This document shows positions 8,998 through 18,900 of a stretch of DNA of 54,852 nucleotides, in pieces. How positions within the stretch are numbered: position 1 is the stretch's first letter; each line of letters begins with the position of its first letter. This stretch comes from a virus (Duplodnaviria; Caudoviricetes), in IMG/VR virus record IMGVR_UViG_3300022206_000004, positions 1 to 54,852 of that record; one strand, given 5' to 3'. Below the pieces are notes generated by a model, which saw only the letters and a program-made list of their open reading frames with translations, was not told where the DNA came from and made no database searches. The position numbers were made by a program, and so were the translations under genes.

Positions 8998-10361
8998 TAT
9001 AAGAAAGCCCCGTCATCACCATAACCGGAATCCCAGTTAATTTCTTGGCGAACACGGCTTACCTCATTGTCTCCAGACGAATCTACTGCCTCTTCTACTA
9101 GCTGAAGTTCGTTAACTATACGTTGCCATAGCTGCTCTTCGTTAACCTGACCAGCTAATATCTTAGCACCCTCTAGGACAATTAGACGTTCCATCCGATT
9201 GTCAAAAAGTGTTGTGTCTGTGTCTGCAGACAACGTAGCATCCCACGCCATGTACCTTAGTTGGATTGCGTTGTACTGCTCCCGTGAGTTATTAGGCCAG
9301 AGCCATATCTTATTTTCAAACACGGCTACAACCCGTGGGTCACCAGTGCTTCTCGACCTAACATCATACTCCTGGATATGATCCCTGATCAGAGGCTCCC
9401 ACATTGAACTGTTCCACCACCGGATGTCAATGACGTTCTTTAGGTCAGTTGGATAATCCTGACCTATATAATAATTGTTTGCTGCGTAAGCTTCCTTGAC
9501 CTTACCAGTGGCAGACGATGTACCCCCGGTCAAAATCTCATTGGCTGCGAATAGACCGCTGCTATAGCCTGAGTCGTTCATGACTATCCCAGGTGTACCA
9601 GTGGTGCCACCAGTCAGGGTCTCACCGTTTGTAAATGTCCCTGATGGGTTCTTAACCTGTAAGGTATTCGTGCCATCAAGAACTACGATAGCAGTCACCC
9701 CGCTTGTAGCCCCGGTAACTGTCTCCCCAACGATCAGCGATCCACCACCAGTGATACTGAACTTAGTAACGAAGTCCCTTATAACTATGAACGTGTCGCC
9801 AACATATTCAACAACGGCAGTGTGTCCCTCGTTGCCCCCGGTAACTGTCTCACCAGCAACCATTGTACCGGAAGCGCCAACTATATCTATCTTTGACATG
9901 ACCTTGATGTCTTCGTCATGGTAAGTTTTCTCTACTCCACCGAAACGGAGTGCCACAAGTTTCTGAGCCTGGGCTAGTGCGTCTTCAACCTCTGTGTCAG
10001 TCCACCGTGTGCCGTCTAAGCCCCTCTGAGCATGACGGTCATATATCTGAACGACATCACCTGTGTCGTATTGGTTGTCAGTACCACCCTCTATGGAGCT
10101 AACCATTAGCTTATCATTAGTACCACCACCGTTAGCGAATCCACGGATAACCGCTAAGGAGCCGCCATCACTTGTATTATAGATAACGTCACCAACGATT
10201 ACACCAAGTGTGACAAAGTTGTGTGAGGCATCCTGAAAAAACGCCTCGTTGTCGGTAGCACCGTCGTGAGTGAGGGTAAGCGTAGATAGCTTCCTCAGTG
10301 GGGCAGGATCATTGACCTCAGCCCGTATATATTTGCGAAGTGTCTCTAAGGTTGCTCCCAT
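8997..10361 (-). CDS. Head-tail adaptor-like protein with inserted GETVTG-repeat domains
   Basis: N-terminal TLETLRKYIRAEVND...RWTDTEV and C-terminal PTDL...IWLWP...IQLRY pattern of phage adaptors; position after the capsid genes. Confidence 0.65.
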   Translation of the reverse strand: MGATLETLRKYIRAEVNDPAPLRKLSTLTLTHDGATDNEAFFQDASHNFVTLGVIVGDVIYNTSDGGSLAVIRGFANGGGTNDKLMVSSIEGGTDNQYDTGDVVQIYDRHAQRGLDGTRWTDTEVEDALAQAQKLVALRFGGVEKTYHDEDIKVMSKIDIVGASGTMVAGETVTGGNEGHTAVVEYVGDTFIVIRDFVTKFSITGGGSLIVGETVTGATSGVTAIVVLDGTNTLQVKNPSGTFTNGETLTGGTTGTPGIVMNDSGYSSGLFAANEILTGGTSSATGKVKEAYAANNYYIGQDYPTDLKNVIDIRWWNSSMWEPLIRDHIQEYDVRSRSTGDPRVVAVFENKIWLWPNNSREQYNAIQLRYMAWDATLSADTDTTLFDNRMERLIVLEGAKILAGQVNEEQLWQRIVNELQLVEEAVDSSGDNEVSRVRQEINWDSGYGDDGAFL

Positions 10362-10412
10362 AGACCTCTCCTGTTATTTATAGTGTCACCTTTAAATTAA
10401 AGTGTCATAGAT

Positions 10413-10441
10413 AAAAAGTGTGGGGGACCGAAGCCCCCCTT
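10413..10441 (-). terminator. Intrinsic terminator after the capsid gene block
   Basis: Minus strand GGGGGC-TTCG-GTCCCCC followed by ACACTTTTT. Confidence 0.6.
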
Positions 10442-10446
10442 ATTAC

Positions 10447-10701
10447 CTAGTACCCGATGAAGTAGAACAGACGGTACTTGGCATTGTCAACTGCTGTCAT
10501 AGTGATAGAGGTTCCTGAGTAATCACTAATGTAGCCGTTACCAGTGTCATCGACACTGTGACTCCAAGCTGCGTCTATTCTTGAAAGGCCAACTGAGGCC
10601 GCAGTAATGCTTGTAGTCGATCCGTCACCCAGAACCGATACCACCACCAGCACTCTGTCACCAAGGGATACACGTTTCACGATGCTTTGTGTATTAGCCA
10701 T
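10447..10701 (-). CDS. Small virion structural protein
   Basis: 84 aa, beta-rich, GGAGG RBS, ends in FIGY; directly after the capsid genes. Confidence 0.6.
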   Translation of the reverse strand: MANTQSIVKRVSLGDRVLVVVSVLGDGSTTSITAASVGLSRIDAAWSHSVDDTGNGYISDYSGTSITMTAVDNAKYRLFYFIGY

Positions 10702-10738
10702 CTGTTTTCCTCCAATCCTCCGTTATAGTTCCACGGAT

Positions 10739-10758
10739 GGAGGGACCGAAGTCCCTCC
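10739..10758 (-). other. UUCG-capped hairpin (mRNA stabiliser or partial terminator)
   Basis: Perfect 8-bp stem GGAGGGAC-TTCG-GTCCCTCC between two genes, with no U-tract. Confidence 0.55.
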
Positions 10759-10768
10759 GGTTAGTTGT

Positions 10769-11521
10769 CTACGGATGCACCTGCAGCAACACTGGTTGCC
10801 AGTCAGCGCCAACACCAGTCTCCATACTAATACCCACCAATGGGAACAGCGGGTTGTATGTGGCGTTGTCAGCGTCAAGCTCACCAGCGGTAGCGCCAGC
10901 AACAAGCCTAGCACCGATTGCGGCAGTGTCGCCACGAAATACATTGGCAAGACCCCAAGTCTGCGTCCAGTAGTAATACGCAGCGGTCACACCGATCAGC
11001 GGCACACCGATTGAGGGGATTTCCTCGGCGGTACCCTGTACGCCAGCCATAAACATGTTGGCGATCAGACCACCTGTGGGGGTGGACGCAAGAGCGGTAC
11101 GGATGGGATCAAAGGTCTTAATGGCAAACGCAGCACTACCAGCGGAAGCGCCATTAGAACGGACCTTCAACATTTGACCAGCACCACCACCACTGTTAAT
11201 GTAGAAGTAACCATTAACGTAGTAGTTGGCTACAACAGCAGTACCACCGTCGGTAGCGGAAAAAGTCTTCGCACCAACGGCAGCGGCTGAAAGAGCCATG
11301 TCCTGGTGGTTAGCCACCTGAGCGGCAACCTGTGTGTTCTTGCCAATTCCCAGAGCGCCAGCGCCAGCCTTGGCGTAGAAAAATACACGCCCGTCAGCTA
11401 ACTGCATTCTGGTACCAACATTGTGATTAGCGGTAGCTGACTCTTCAAACAGCCCCTGCTTGATCACTTTGCCAGTCGTGGTTTCAAAACCTCTCGTTTT
11501 ACTTAAGCCTCCTAGAGCCAT
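10769..11521 (-). CDS. Capsid decoration/cement protein
   Basis: 250-aa Ala/Gly-rich protein immediately after the major capsid gene, with G.R....DGR.F.Y.KAG and YYWTQTWG motifs. Confidence 0.65.
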   Translation of the reverse strand: MALGGLSKTRGFETTTGKVIKQGLFEESATANHNVGTRMQLADGRVFFYAKAGAGALGIGKNTQVAAQVANHQDMALSAAAVGAKTFSATDGGTAVVANYYVNGYFYINSGGGAGQMLKVRSNGASAGSAAFAIKTFDPIRTALASTPTGGLIANMFMAGVQGTAEEIPSIGVPLIGVTAAYYYWTQTWGLANVFRGDTAAIGARLVAGATAGELDADNATYNPLFPLVGISMETGVGADWQPVLLQVHP

Positions 11522-11614
11522 GATTCAAACCTCCATGCGCTCTTCCGATTCTAGTCGGAAGACTACGCTTTAAGTTAACGGGGGTGAGTTCACACCCCCA
11601 GCCAATACGGATGA

Positions 11615-12565
11615 CTACGCAGTCAGCGCACTCATGTAGTAGTGAGCATTCCTGCGGGTACATACCATATTACCCTTCCACAAGTACTGCATGGACTTGG
11701 TCACCTGATTCGTGGGGACCTTCCATGGGGTGCGAACGTAGTTCGCATTCTTGTGGATTACAAATCCCCAGTGGCGGCTGTTCAGCCAGAAACCTGCAGC
11801 AGACGGGCATTTGCCATCGGCCCAGACCTCAGCCTGATCCAACATATGCACACCGGAGAAACCAGCCTTCGCAGCCTGAGGCGACTCCATGCGCTGAGTG
11901 GCCTGGAGTTGATTCAACCAAGCGTCAACGATGGCATCGTTCATGATTATCATGTCGGGCTTGTCTTTCACACCGTCGCCAATCTTGACAGCGGTACGCC
12001 CAGCACGAAGAACTGCACTGGTAATCGGGGTAGAATCGGAGCTAGTGTTGGCAGACCAAACACTCATGTCATCCTCAGCGATCCCACCGTAAGCAGTCGA
12101 ACTGGTGGAATTAAAAAGCGCTAAGAGACCGTCAATGTCTTTCCCGCCATTGCCAGTACCATCTGAATACAGAGCGTCAGCCTGATCCTCTTCCATCGAC
12201 TTCTGACCATTCTGCAATTTGGTAACCACCATGTCTACCTCTTCCTCAGGACCGTTGTTCTCAAGCTCTTCGTCCCAGGTGATGGTGACATTGATGTAGC
12301 TGTTACGCCAATCGAAAATGGCAGAGTTGATGATGGTCTGGTGACTGGTATCCAGCGTGTCAGCCCCGTAAAAGGACCCACCAAGCATCCGATCATAGGT
12401 CAAAGGAATCTTAATGTCCTTACCACCAGCGGGTTTCCGCAGAGGCTTTTTAGCCGCTTTGCGAAGCAGGTAGTTTGACCCGAAGAACTGATCAAATGCG
12501 GCCCCACCGTCAGCCATAAAATATGACCGGGTGATGCTCTCAAGTTCTCCTCTTGTTAAAGCCAT
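11615..12565 (-). CDS. Major capsid protein (HK97 fold)
   Basis: 316 aa after the scaffold, with GG..I..PL.Y and LYSDGTGNGGKDIDGL motifs typical of podoviral MCPs. Confidence 0.88.
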   Translation of the reverse strand: MALTRGELESITRSYFMADGGAAFDQFFGSNYLLRKAAKKPLRKPAGGKDIKIPLTYDRMLGGSFYGADTLDTSHQTIINSAIFDWRNSYINVTITWDEELENNGPEEEVDMVVTKLQNGQKSMEEDQADALYSDGTGNGGKDIDGLLALFNSTSSTAYGGIAEDDMSVWSANTSSDSTPITSAVLRAGRTAVKIGDGVKDKPDMIIMNDAIVDAWLNQLQATQRMESPQAAKAGFSGVHMLDQAEVWADGKCPSAAGFWLNSRHWGFVIHKNANYVRTPWKVPTNQVTKSMQYLWKGNMVCTRRNAHYYMSALTA

Positions 12566-12601
12566 AATTATTTCCTCCCACGCCCTGCGTGGGTTGCAAT
12601 G

Positions 12602-13567
12602 CTACCCGGCAGAACGTTTCTTTAAAAGGTTCTTGGTTATTTCAGCACGGAGTTTCATACCGTCACCATCTGTCTCAATCCCAGTATTGGCCTTACCGCT
12701 AGATTGCTTTGCGGCAGAGCCGTCCAGCACGGCAGAATGACCCTTGGCTTGAATCTCCTTAATTGCCTGTTTCTTGCCTTCAGCGATTCCCTCTGCCCGT
12801 GCCGCCTTGACCTGGTCCTCCACACCCCTGCTGGCCTCTTCAATCTTGGCCTGGAGAGCGGGAATCTCAATCTCGTAAGCGTATGCTGAGATGACATTGT
12901 GCATGGGGTTACCATTCATAATCTCAACCAGCTTGTTTGCGTTGGGCATGAAGTCCTCATGGTTTTTGGCGAACTTATCCAACTCTGACTGAAGAGCATA
13001 TTGGTACCGCTCCTCTGCCTGCCTTTCTGCAATTTCTGCAGCAGTGGCGGCTTTCGCCTGCCCCTGTATGGCACGGATAAACGCAGCAGGGTCCTCTTGA
13101 AAAGCGTCGAGAATCGCCTGAGGTTCACCATCTAGGACATCGTCAAAGGGGTCCTTCACCGGAGCAGCTTCCTCAGGTTCGGGCTGTCTTTCAAGAGCGG
13201 CAAGCCGTCCCTCAAGAATAGCCTCTTTCCTGGCCCACTCAAGCTCCCTGTCTCTCAGGGTCTGTTCCGCTGTCTTCATACGTTCGTTGACATCGTCGAA
13301 CCTACCCTTAGGGATTCTGGCCTCTTCGTCGTCGTCCTCTCCCGAATCATCGTCAGATTCCAAAGGTTCGTCAGTTTTTATCGCCCCTCCGGGCGGGTCA
13401 CCTTCATCATCATCGTGTGAGTCAATGTCTTCTACAACCTGGTCGTAGTCGTCAATGTCGGGGTTGTGGGTTTCGAGTTCATCGGCAGGTGAGCCGATAC
13501 CTGCGTCGTGGTCTGCGGTCACACGATCATCAGTGTTTACACCTTGGTCATTAGTCTCGTCGCTCAT
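12602..13567 (-). CDS. Capsid scaffolding protein
   Basis: Acidic N-terminus, IPKGRFDDVN motif and coiled coil; lies between portal and capsid genes. Confidence 0.8.
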   Translation of the reverse strand: MSDETNDQGVNTDDRVTADHDAGIGSPADELETHNPDIDDYDQVVEDIDSHDDDEGDPPGGAIKTDEPLESDDDSGEDDDEEARIPKGRFDDVNERMKTAEQTLRDRELEWARKEAILEGRLAALERQPEPEEAAPVKDPFDDVLDGEPQAILDAFQEDPAAFIRAIQGQAKAATAAEIAERQAEERYQYALQSELDKFAKNHEDFMPNANKLVEIMNGNPMHNVISAYAYEIEIPALQAKIEEASRGVEDQVKAARAEGIAEGKKQAIKEIQAKGHSAVLDGSAAKQSSGKANTGIETDGDGMKLRAEITKNLLKKRSAG

Positions 13568-13586
13568 GTCTTACTCCTTGTGTGGG

Positions 13587-13754
13587 TTATCTGTTGTCAC
13601 CCAACTCCTCTCTTCGCCTTCGTTGGCGCTCACCTATAGCACCAACTGCATCAACGATTCGTGGGCTGGATAGGGGTTTCTTTTTCTTCTTCTTCCTAAA
13701 CCCTACTATACGTTTTGCAATCCTCTGGACTAAACTCTGAGTATCAACTGGCAT
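13587..13754 (-). CDS. Small basic protein (55 aa)
   Basis: Hand translation MPVDTQSLVQRIAKRIVGFRKKKKKKPLSS...; GGAGG RBS; fills the operon gap. Confidence 0.55.
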   Translation of the reverse strand: MPVDTQSLVQRIAKRIVGFRKKKKKKPLSSPRIVDAVGAIGERQRRRREELGDNR

Positions 13755-13911
13755 CTTTTTTCCTCCTTCTGATAATTCCTTTTATTTTAAGATAGGCCAC
13801 GACGAGTGCTACTAGCGCTCCAGCGGCATAGTACGCACATTGTGTCCACGTCAAAACCTCTTCTGGCTTAACTGCAAGAGCCTGTGGCAGTTGTTCTATT
13901 GGCATTCCCAT
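13744..13911 (-). CDS. Small single-TM membrane protein (55 aa)
   Basis: Hand translation ...YYAAGALVALVVAYLKIKGIIRRRKKDAS; TAATG-coupled to the upstream gene. Confidence 0.55.
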   Translation of the reverse strand: MGMPIEQLPQALAVKPEEVLTWTQCAYYAAGALVALVVAYLKIKGIIRRRKKDAS

Positions 13912-14270
13912 TAGTACCTCTCCAAGTATCTGGTCCTGAGTAGGCCAACCCGCTTGTTAGCCTGGACTTCTTTATTATTCCGGGGCCTGGGGTAGGGGTC
14001 AGCATAAAGTCGTCTTATTTGGCCTCTAGCGTCCTCTCTCGTCGTGATTTCCTTAACCCTCCCTTGGCGCACATGCTCAAGGTCATTTATAAAGCCGTTC
14101 ACGTCCTTGACCCAATTTGCATCCGGGCGCTTGACAAACCCGTCTGAGAGTAGTTTATTTAAAGGAATATCATGACAGTCAGGGCAATAGAACTTCGGGG
14201 CCTCATCCATCTTGTGGAACTTCTCTACCACGTAGTCACACTTATGACATCCATAATCGTATAGCGGCAT
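13911..14270 (-). CDS. FmdB-family zinc-ribbon protein
   Basis: MPLYDYGCHKC...CPDC signature; coupled to the portal stop codon. Confidence 0.8.
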   Translation of the reverse strand: MPLYDYGCHKCDYVVEKFHKMDEAPKFYCPDCHDIPLNKLLSDGFVKRPDANWVKDVNGFINDLEHVRQGRVKEITTREDARGQIRRLYADPYPRPRNNKEVQANKRVGLLRTRYLERY

Positions 14271-16303
14271 TACAAGTTACCTCCTGCACCAGTGGGGGCT
14301 GCTCCTGGACCACCCTTAACAGCGTCTGCCTGCACCTCCTTCATCTGATTCAGTGCGGCATTATACTCCTGGTCATCCATATCAGCTATCCTGGTGACAA
14401 GCTCTAAGACTTCCGGGTTAACTCCCAACTCTTCCATACGCTCAAGTAGCATCCCACTAGCACCCATCTCCATCCTATGAATAACCTCCTCACGGTTGGG
14501 CCAATCAAGTCTGATCATAAGCTCCCTTATGTCGATAGCTCCCTGACCATGTAGCTCTTTGGCCTCCTCTCTCATCTGCAGCCTTGAGGTTGGCATGGTA
14601 GAACCAGCCTCTACGGTAAAGTGTAATGGGATAATAAGGTCCTTCCCAACAACCTGCCCCGTTTCCATGGCTCCACCCTCTTGTTCAACGAAGAATAATC
14701 TCTCCTCAGTATACCAGTTCTGGGCATGTGAGAGCCACATCCTCCCCCTGTCTCTTATCATCCTGCCATAGCCCCTAATCTTACCACGGAGCATGGTGTG
14801 CATAGACTCAATGATGGTAGCAACGGTCTTGTATGCCATCCTACCCTTAGCGATAGAGGGATCAGTCATGTCAAAAATCCCGGCTATTTTGTCAAACATT
14901 TCCTTATAGATAGCGTATATGTTCTCTATGTCACGCTGTGGAGCAGGTGCTTTCATGTGCTGAATACCAGCAGCAACGATGTGATCCTTTGGGTTTATAA
15001 CCTTTGCCGGGGCGTTGGTGAAAGCACTGTTTGGAACCTGTGCGGTTCTTGGATTAATGATTGGGCTTCTGACTGCCTTGTCCTTAACCATATTCAACTG
15101 TGTGAGGCATTTATCTATCTCGAAATTTATATGCTCAAGCTGCTCAATGGAGCTAAACCCCCACGGAGACACGATGTCCTTGTTAGACGGGGTAAGCGTG
15201 AACGGGAACCTCGACCACAGCCACGTTTGGCTTGCAAGCATCGGATCAAGTAGCGGGTTGATTGAGGGATTAGGTCTGTCACTCAATACAACGTCACCAC
15301 CGTTACACGTAGTGATGGTACGTATGTTACCTGGGTACTTCGGGCGCTTCTCCGTAACTGCCGGGATTACCACTACATTACCCTCAAGGTCTATCTCTAC
15401 CCTCTCAGGTTCCACCTCAACATCCTCAAGCGTGAAGTCCCTCACCCAAAACTCAAGGATGAGAACGTCACCATTCTTACCAAGAATCTTCGACAGGGAC
15501 TCTACATTACCAGTGAAACTGGCATGATCTACACCGAAGTCACCCTGCTCCTTGTTTCCAACAGAGCTTGTGGTCCCACCGAAAATCTCTCTCCTGGCCT
15601 CTCCAAGCTGCTTGCGCCACATATCGTCTGTCTTGACATAGTTAGCCATTTCAGGCCAAAGCCTACGCACCTGGTTGATGGGTACCGGGTAATAGTGTAG
15701 GGCAGCTTCCCACTTCTCAGACCTCTTCTCATCCAGAGGCCAGAAGCCAAAGTTGTGTGGGTCAACGGTTATTGTCTCAACTTCTCCCAAACCATTATTA
15801 AGTGCTGGGTTAAACGATGTCTTCTCTACAACGCACCCATTAATCTCAGACATTGTTACTGAGTCTGACAGTATACCCTGCTGCTCAGTCTCGTTCCACC
15901 AGTACCTGGCTACCTTATGTATGGTGGAAGCGACTTTATCATTGGCTGCGAGTATGTCAAATGTAGGATTTTGGTCAGTGAGTAGGCTGACAGTTCTTGT
16001 AATGTAGTTCCAAATTAAGTTTACTGTTGCAAGTTTTACCGTACTCCTACTCTTCCAATGCTTGGCACGGAATAGCTCATAATTGCGGAGCCATTTATCA
16101 GGGAGTTTCTTGCTATCCTTGTCCCTAACAACTTCTCCAAGTACATAGAAGCAGTAATGACCCACGTTCTCATGACCAGCCTCTGGGATTATGCTCGTAG
16201 TAAGCGCCTTCTCCTCAGGCTGTAGGTTCTCCTTCTCCTTGGTAGCCACTGCATCTCCAGCACGTTTTGTGACAGATGCAACCTTAGGAATCTCTTGTGC
16301 CAT
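14270..16303 (-). CDS. Portal protein (P22-like)
   Basis: 677 aa between terminase and scaffold; VNLIW, VDPHNF, FPF and WGFS..EQL motifs. Confidence 0.88.
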   Translation of the reverse strand: MAQEIPKVASVTKRAGDAVATKEKENLQPEEKALTTSIIPEAGHENVGHYCFYVLGEVVRDKDSKKLPDKWLRNYELFRAKHWKSRSTVKLATVNLIWNYITRTVSLLTDQNPTFDILAANDKVASTIHKVARYWWNETEQQGILSDSVTMSEINGCVVEKTSFNPALNNGLGEVETITVDPHNFGFWPLDEKRSEKWEAALHYYPVPINQVRRLWPEMANYVKTDDMWRKQLGEARREIFGGTTSSVGNKEQGDFGVDHASFTGNVESLSKILGKNGDVLILEFWVRDFTLEDVEVEPERVEIDLEGNVVVIPAVTEKRPKYPGNIRTITTCNGGDVVLSDRPNPSINPLLDPMLASQTWLWSRFPFTLTPSNKDIVSPWGFSSIEQLEHINFEIDKCLTQLNMVKDKAVRSPIINPRTAQVPNSAFTNAPAKVINPKDHIVAAGIQHMKAPAPQRDIENIYAIYKEMFDKIAGIFDMTDPSIAKGRMAYKTVATIIESMHTMLRGKIRGYGRMIRDRGRMWLSHAQNWYTEERLFFVEQEGGAMETGQVVGKDLIIPLHFTVEAGSTMPTSRLQMREEAKELHGQGAIDIRELMIRLDWPNREEVIHRMEMGASGMLLERMEELGVNPEVLELVTRIADMDDQEYNAALNQMKEVQADAVKGGPGAAPTGAGGNL

Positions 16304-17009
16304 CTTCTATCTCCGCTTGTTTGCCAATCAATGCCTGCTCTCTCCTGTAGCAGTTCAAACGATCAGCGTACTTGTTGTTTTCCTTCACCTCTCCACCACA
16401 GCCGCACGGACAAATTCTACCAACAGTCTTCTCTTCTGGCTCATCATAGGTTTCCCCATGAATCTCCATCATGTGTTTCTTCCAGCACTCTAAACCAGAG
16501 TATTCCTTCCCCTCTACAAGTATCTTCCTGCCGCAGCCACATAGACAGTAGCTTGGCTCCACAATGTCGAGAACGTCGAACGTAGTGCCGTCTTCTGTTA
16601 GAAACGAACTTGCCTTCTCATGTTGACCTTCGATAACGTCTATGAACAAGTGCATATCACCGTCCCATGCGTGGGGGCAAATAAAGTCAAGTGGACCATG
16701 TGACGGCAGAGGCATGTGCCACGCTTCACACCCTAAGTGCCTGTGTATCATGGAACCACGTAGCGGTAATCTACACTCAAGCGGCTTTATGAAGCCAACC
16801 CGGTTGCGGCACTTGGTACAAATTATGTCAACGTCATCCCTCTGTAGGTCTGCCTCAGTAGGTACAGCACTCTCTGCCTTGAATCTTTCAACCATTGCGT
16901 TCCACGCAGACCTATCACCTGGTACAAACCCACTATCTGGAACACTGATACCTGCGTAATGTTGTTTCTTCTTCTTCTGAATCCTAACTATCTCACGTTC
17001 CTCTGTCAT
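16284..17009 (-). CDS. Zinc-binding hypothetical protein with repeated CxCGCG motifs
   Basis: CTKC, CLCGCG and CPCGCG motifs. Confidence 0.65.
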   Translation of the reverse strand: MTEEREIVRIQKKKKQHYAGISVPDSGFVPGDRSAWNAMVERFKAESAVPTEADLQRDDVDIICTKCRNRVGFIKPLECRLPLRGSMIHRHLGCEAWHMPLPSHGPLDFICPHAWDGDMHLFIDVIEGQHEKASSFLTEDGTTFDVLDIVEPSYCLCGCGRKILVEGKEYSGLECWKKHMMEIHGETYDEPEEKTVGRICPCGCGGEVKENNKYADRLNCYRREQALIGKQAEIEDGTRDS

Positions 17010-17017
17010 GTATCACC

Positions 17018-17284
17018 TCATGAGTTATGTTCACGTAATTGCTCAAGCTGCGAGTCGGATGGGAACTCTAGCCCACCTTCACCAGGCTCAAGTCTAGCCC
17101 TCTCGAAGTACTCCTCTCCAAGAACGGTTGGGTCATATTCGTCCACCTCGACTTCCTTGCGCCTGAACGTGGATGAATCCGTGAATCGTCCAAGTGTAAA
17201 GCCAAGGACGAACAACCCAGCCCCAGCTATGAGGCCAAGACCAAAGGCTATCATAATGGGGTACAACAAAAATATCAGTTCCAT
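17018..17284 (-). CDS. Small membrane protein
   Basis: N-terminal hydrophobic segment of about 30 aa followed by an acidic tail. Confidence 0.65.
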   Translation of the reverse strand: MELIFLLYPIMIAFGLGLIAGAGLFVLGFTLGRFTDSSTFRRKEVEVDEYDPTVLGEEYFERARLEPGEGGLEFPSDSQLEQLREHNS

Positions 17285-18900
17285 ACCATCGGGTCCTCTC
17301 TTTCCTCCATGTCAGATTCTAGTCGATACCCGTCCATCTTGTGAAACTCATTGGCGAATCCCTCGAACGGCTCTTCGTGCGTTGGGGGTCCCTCTAATGC
17401 GTCACTCCACTTCTGCAATGCCGTCTTATTTGGAGCCTTCCAGACTTCCGGGTAGTAATCAGCGAATGCCAACATTAAAGCGTCAGCAAGGTCAGGAGAC
17501 TTTAACCCATCCCGCCTCATTTTCTCCTTGGACCAAATCGCTATCTTACCGCTGGGGTTATGCTCATACCTGATAGAACAAATCTGCTCGACAAACTTAA
17601 TCATGTCAGACCTACTCAGTAGGCTTACCAGCGGAGCCAGTGAAATACTACCTTCCTCAAATCTCTTTCTAAGTGACCAGTAATACTCAGCACGGAGATT
17701 AGCGAACTTATCCTTGTGGGTAGCCTGTCTTCCAACCTCTACGCCAGATATGTTGTATCCCTGCTCAAGTACACGGTCAACAACACCAGCGCCAACGCCT
17801 ATCTCGTCAACCTTGATGTTGTTTGGTTCAACCATCTTACAAAGGGCTACCACCTGGGCAGCGGTCTTCATGGTACTTTGCTTGGGGTACTGCAGTATGC
17901 CAACAACCGTTACGCCACGTACAAGTACGAACACGGTCTTGTTCTCACCGTACCTTGCCACATCAACCCCGGCAGCGTCGTACTTCTTGTCTGCCAGTCT
18001 CTGTATTGGTGAAACCTTCCTTTCGAGTGCGGCAGCAACCCACTCTTTTGGTATAAGAGTGAAGTCAGATTCTACCGGAAACTCACCAAGGACACGAACA
18101 CGGTATACATCTGAGTCTTCGCCAAACTCAACTGCGATCTCTCTAATATACCTTTCACCAACAATGGGAGACTCTTCACCATTAAAAGTTAAGCATGTCC
18201 ACGGTTCACCATCCCATAATGTGTGTGAGTTATAGAAGAACCCGGTTGTTCTTGTCGGGTTAGATGTCATCACACATCTATTTCTGTCGTCAGTTAATGC
18301 ACCACGTACAACTGTGAAGACCTCCTCTGCCACACCGGAGGCTTCCTCAATTATAAACAGTAGGTTCGCAGCGTGGAATCCTTGCAGGGCTTCTGGCTTC
18401 TCAGACCGTGCGGTTCTCGCTACTGCAAACCACGTAAGTTGGTGATCTTTATGGTAAAACTTATCACTCGTAATAACAAGTTGGTTCTTGAAGAATGGGT
18501 CGAGCTTGTCAAGCCAAAGTGCAAGTTCCTTCCATAGAACATTCTTCAACTGTGCTTCTGTCGGTGCGGTACATGGAACCTGAGCGTCCTTCCTGGTACA
18601 CATAAACCAAATTATAATCCAGGCATCAAACGCTGTCTTCCCGGTACCGTGACCTGACTTTATGGAAACGTGAGTCCCAAGAGCTACGGCTTCAAGAGCC
18701 TGCCTCTGCTGAGGGGTTGGGGTTACGTGCAGCATCTCTTCAACAAATGCTACCGGATCATTGTGATACCTCCCCATCTTCCACCACCAGTACCTCCACG
18801 GGTCCTGGCGCTTCATCTCCTCCTCTATCAGAGCTTCCTCCAATAAGTCTACGCTCCCTAAGTTGTCTGGCACGTTCTTCAAGGACTTCAAATGGCACAT
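17275..18900 (-). CDS. terL: Terminase large subunit
   Basis: Walker A SGHGTGKT, Walker B IIEEA, SNPT coupling motif, nuclease GVDVA and SPDLADAL. Start codon uncertain. Confidence 0.95.
   Translation of the reverse strand: MCHLKSLKNVPDNLGSVDLLEEALIEEEMKRQDPWRYWWWKMGRYHNDPVAFVEEMLHVTPTPQQRQALEAVALGTHVSIKSGHGTGKTAFDAWIIIWFMCTRKDAQVPCTAPTEAQLKNVLWKELALWLDKLDPFFKNQLVITSDKFYHKDHQLTWFAVARTARSEKPEALQGFHAANLLFIIEEASGVAEEVFTVVRGALTDDRNRCVMTSNPTRTTGFFYNSHTLWDGEPWTCLTFNGEESPIVGERYIREIAVEFGEDSDVYRVRVLGEFPVESDFTLIPKEWVAAALERKVSPIQRLADKKYDAAGVDVARYGENKTVFVLVRGVTVVGILQYPKQSTMKTAAQVVALCKMVEPNNIKVDEIGVGAGVVDRVLEQGYNISGVEVGRQATHKDKFANLRAEYYWSLRKRFEEGSISLAPLVSLLSRSDMIKFVEQICSIRYEHNPSGKIAIWSKEKMRRDGLKSPDLADALMLAFADYYPEVWKAPNKTALQKWSDALEGPPTHEEPFEGFANEFHKMDGYRLESDMEEREDPMVWN

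Noticed and set aside
16959-18235. Long plus-strand ORFs opposite terL (and similar shadows opposite other virion genes)
   Set aside because: These are antisense shadows of well-supported genes, S/P/T-rich and without RBSs.
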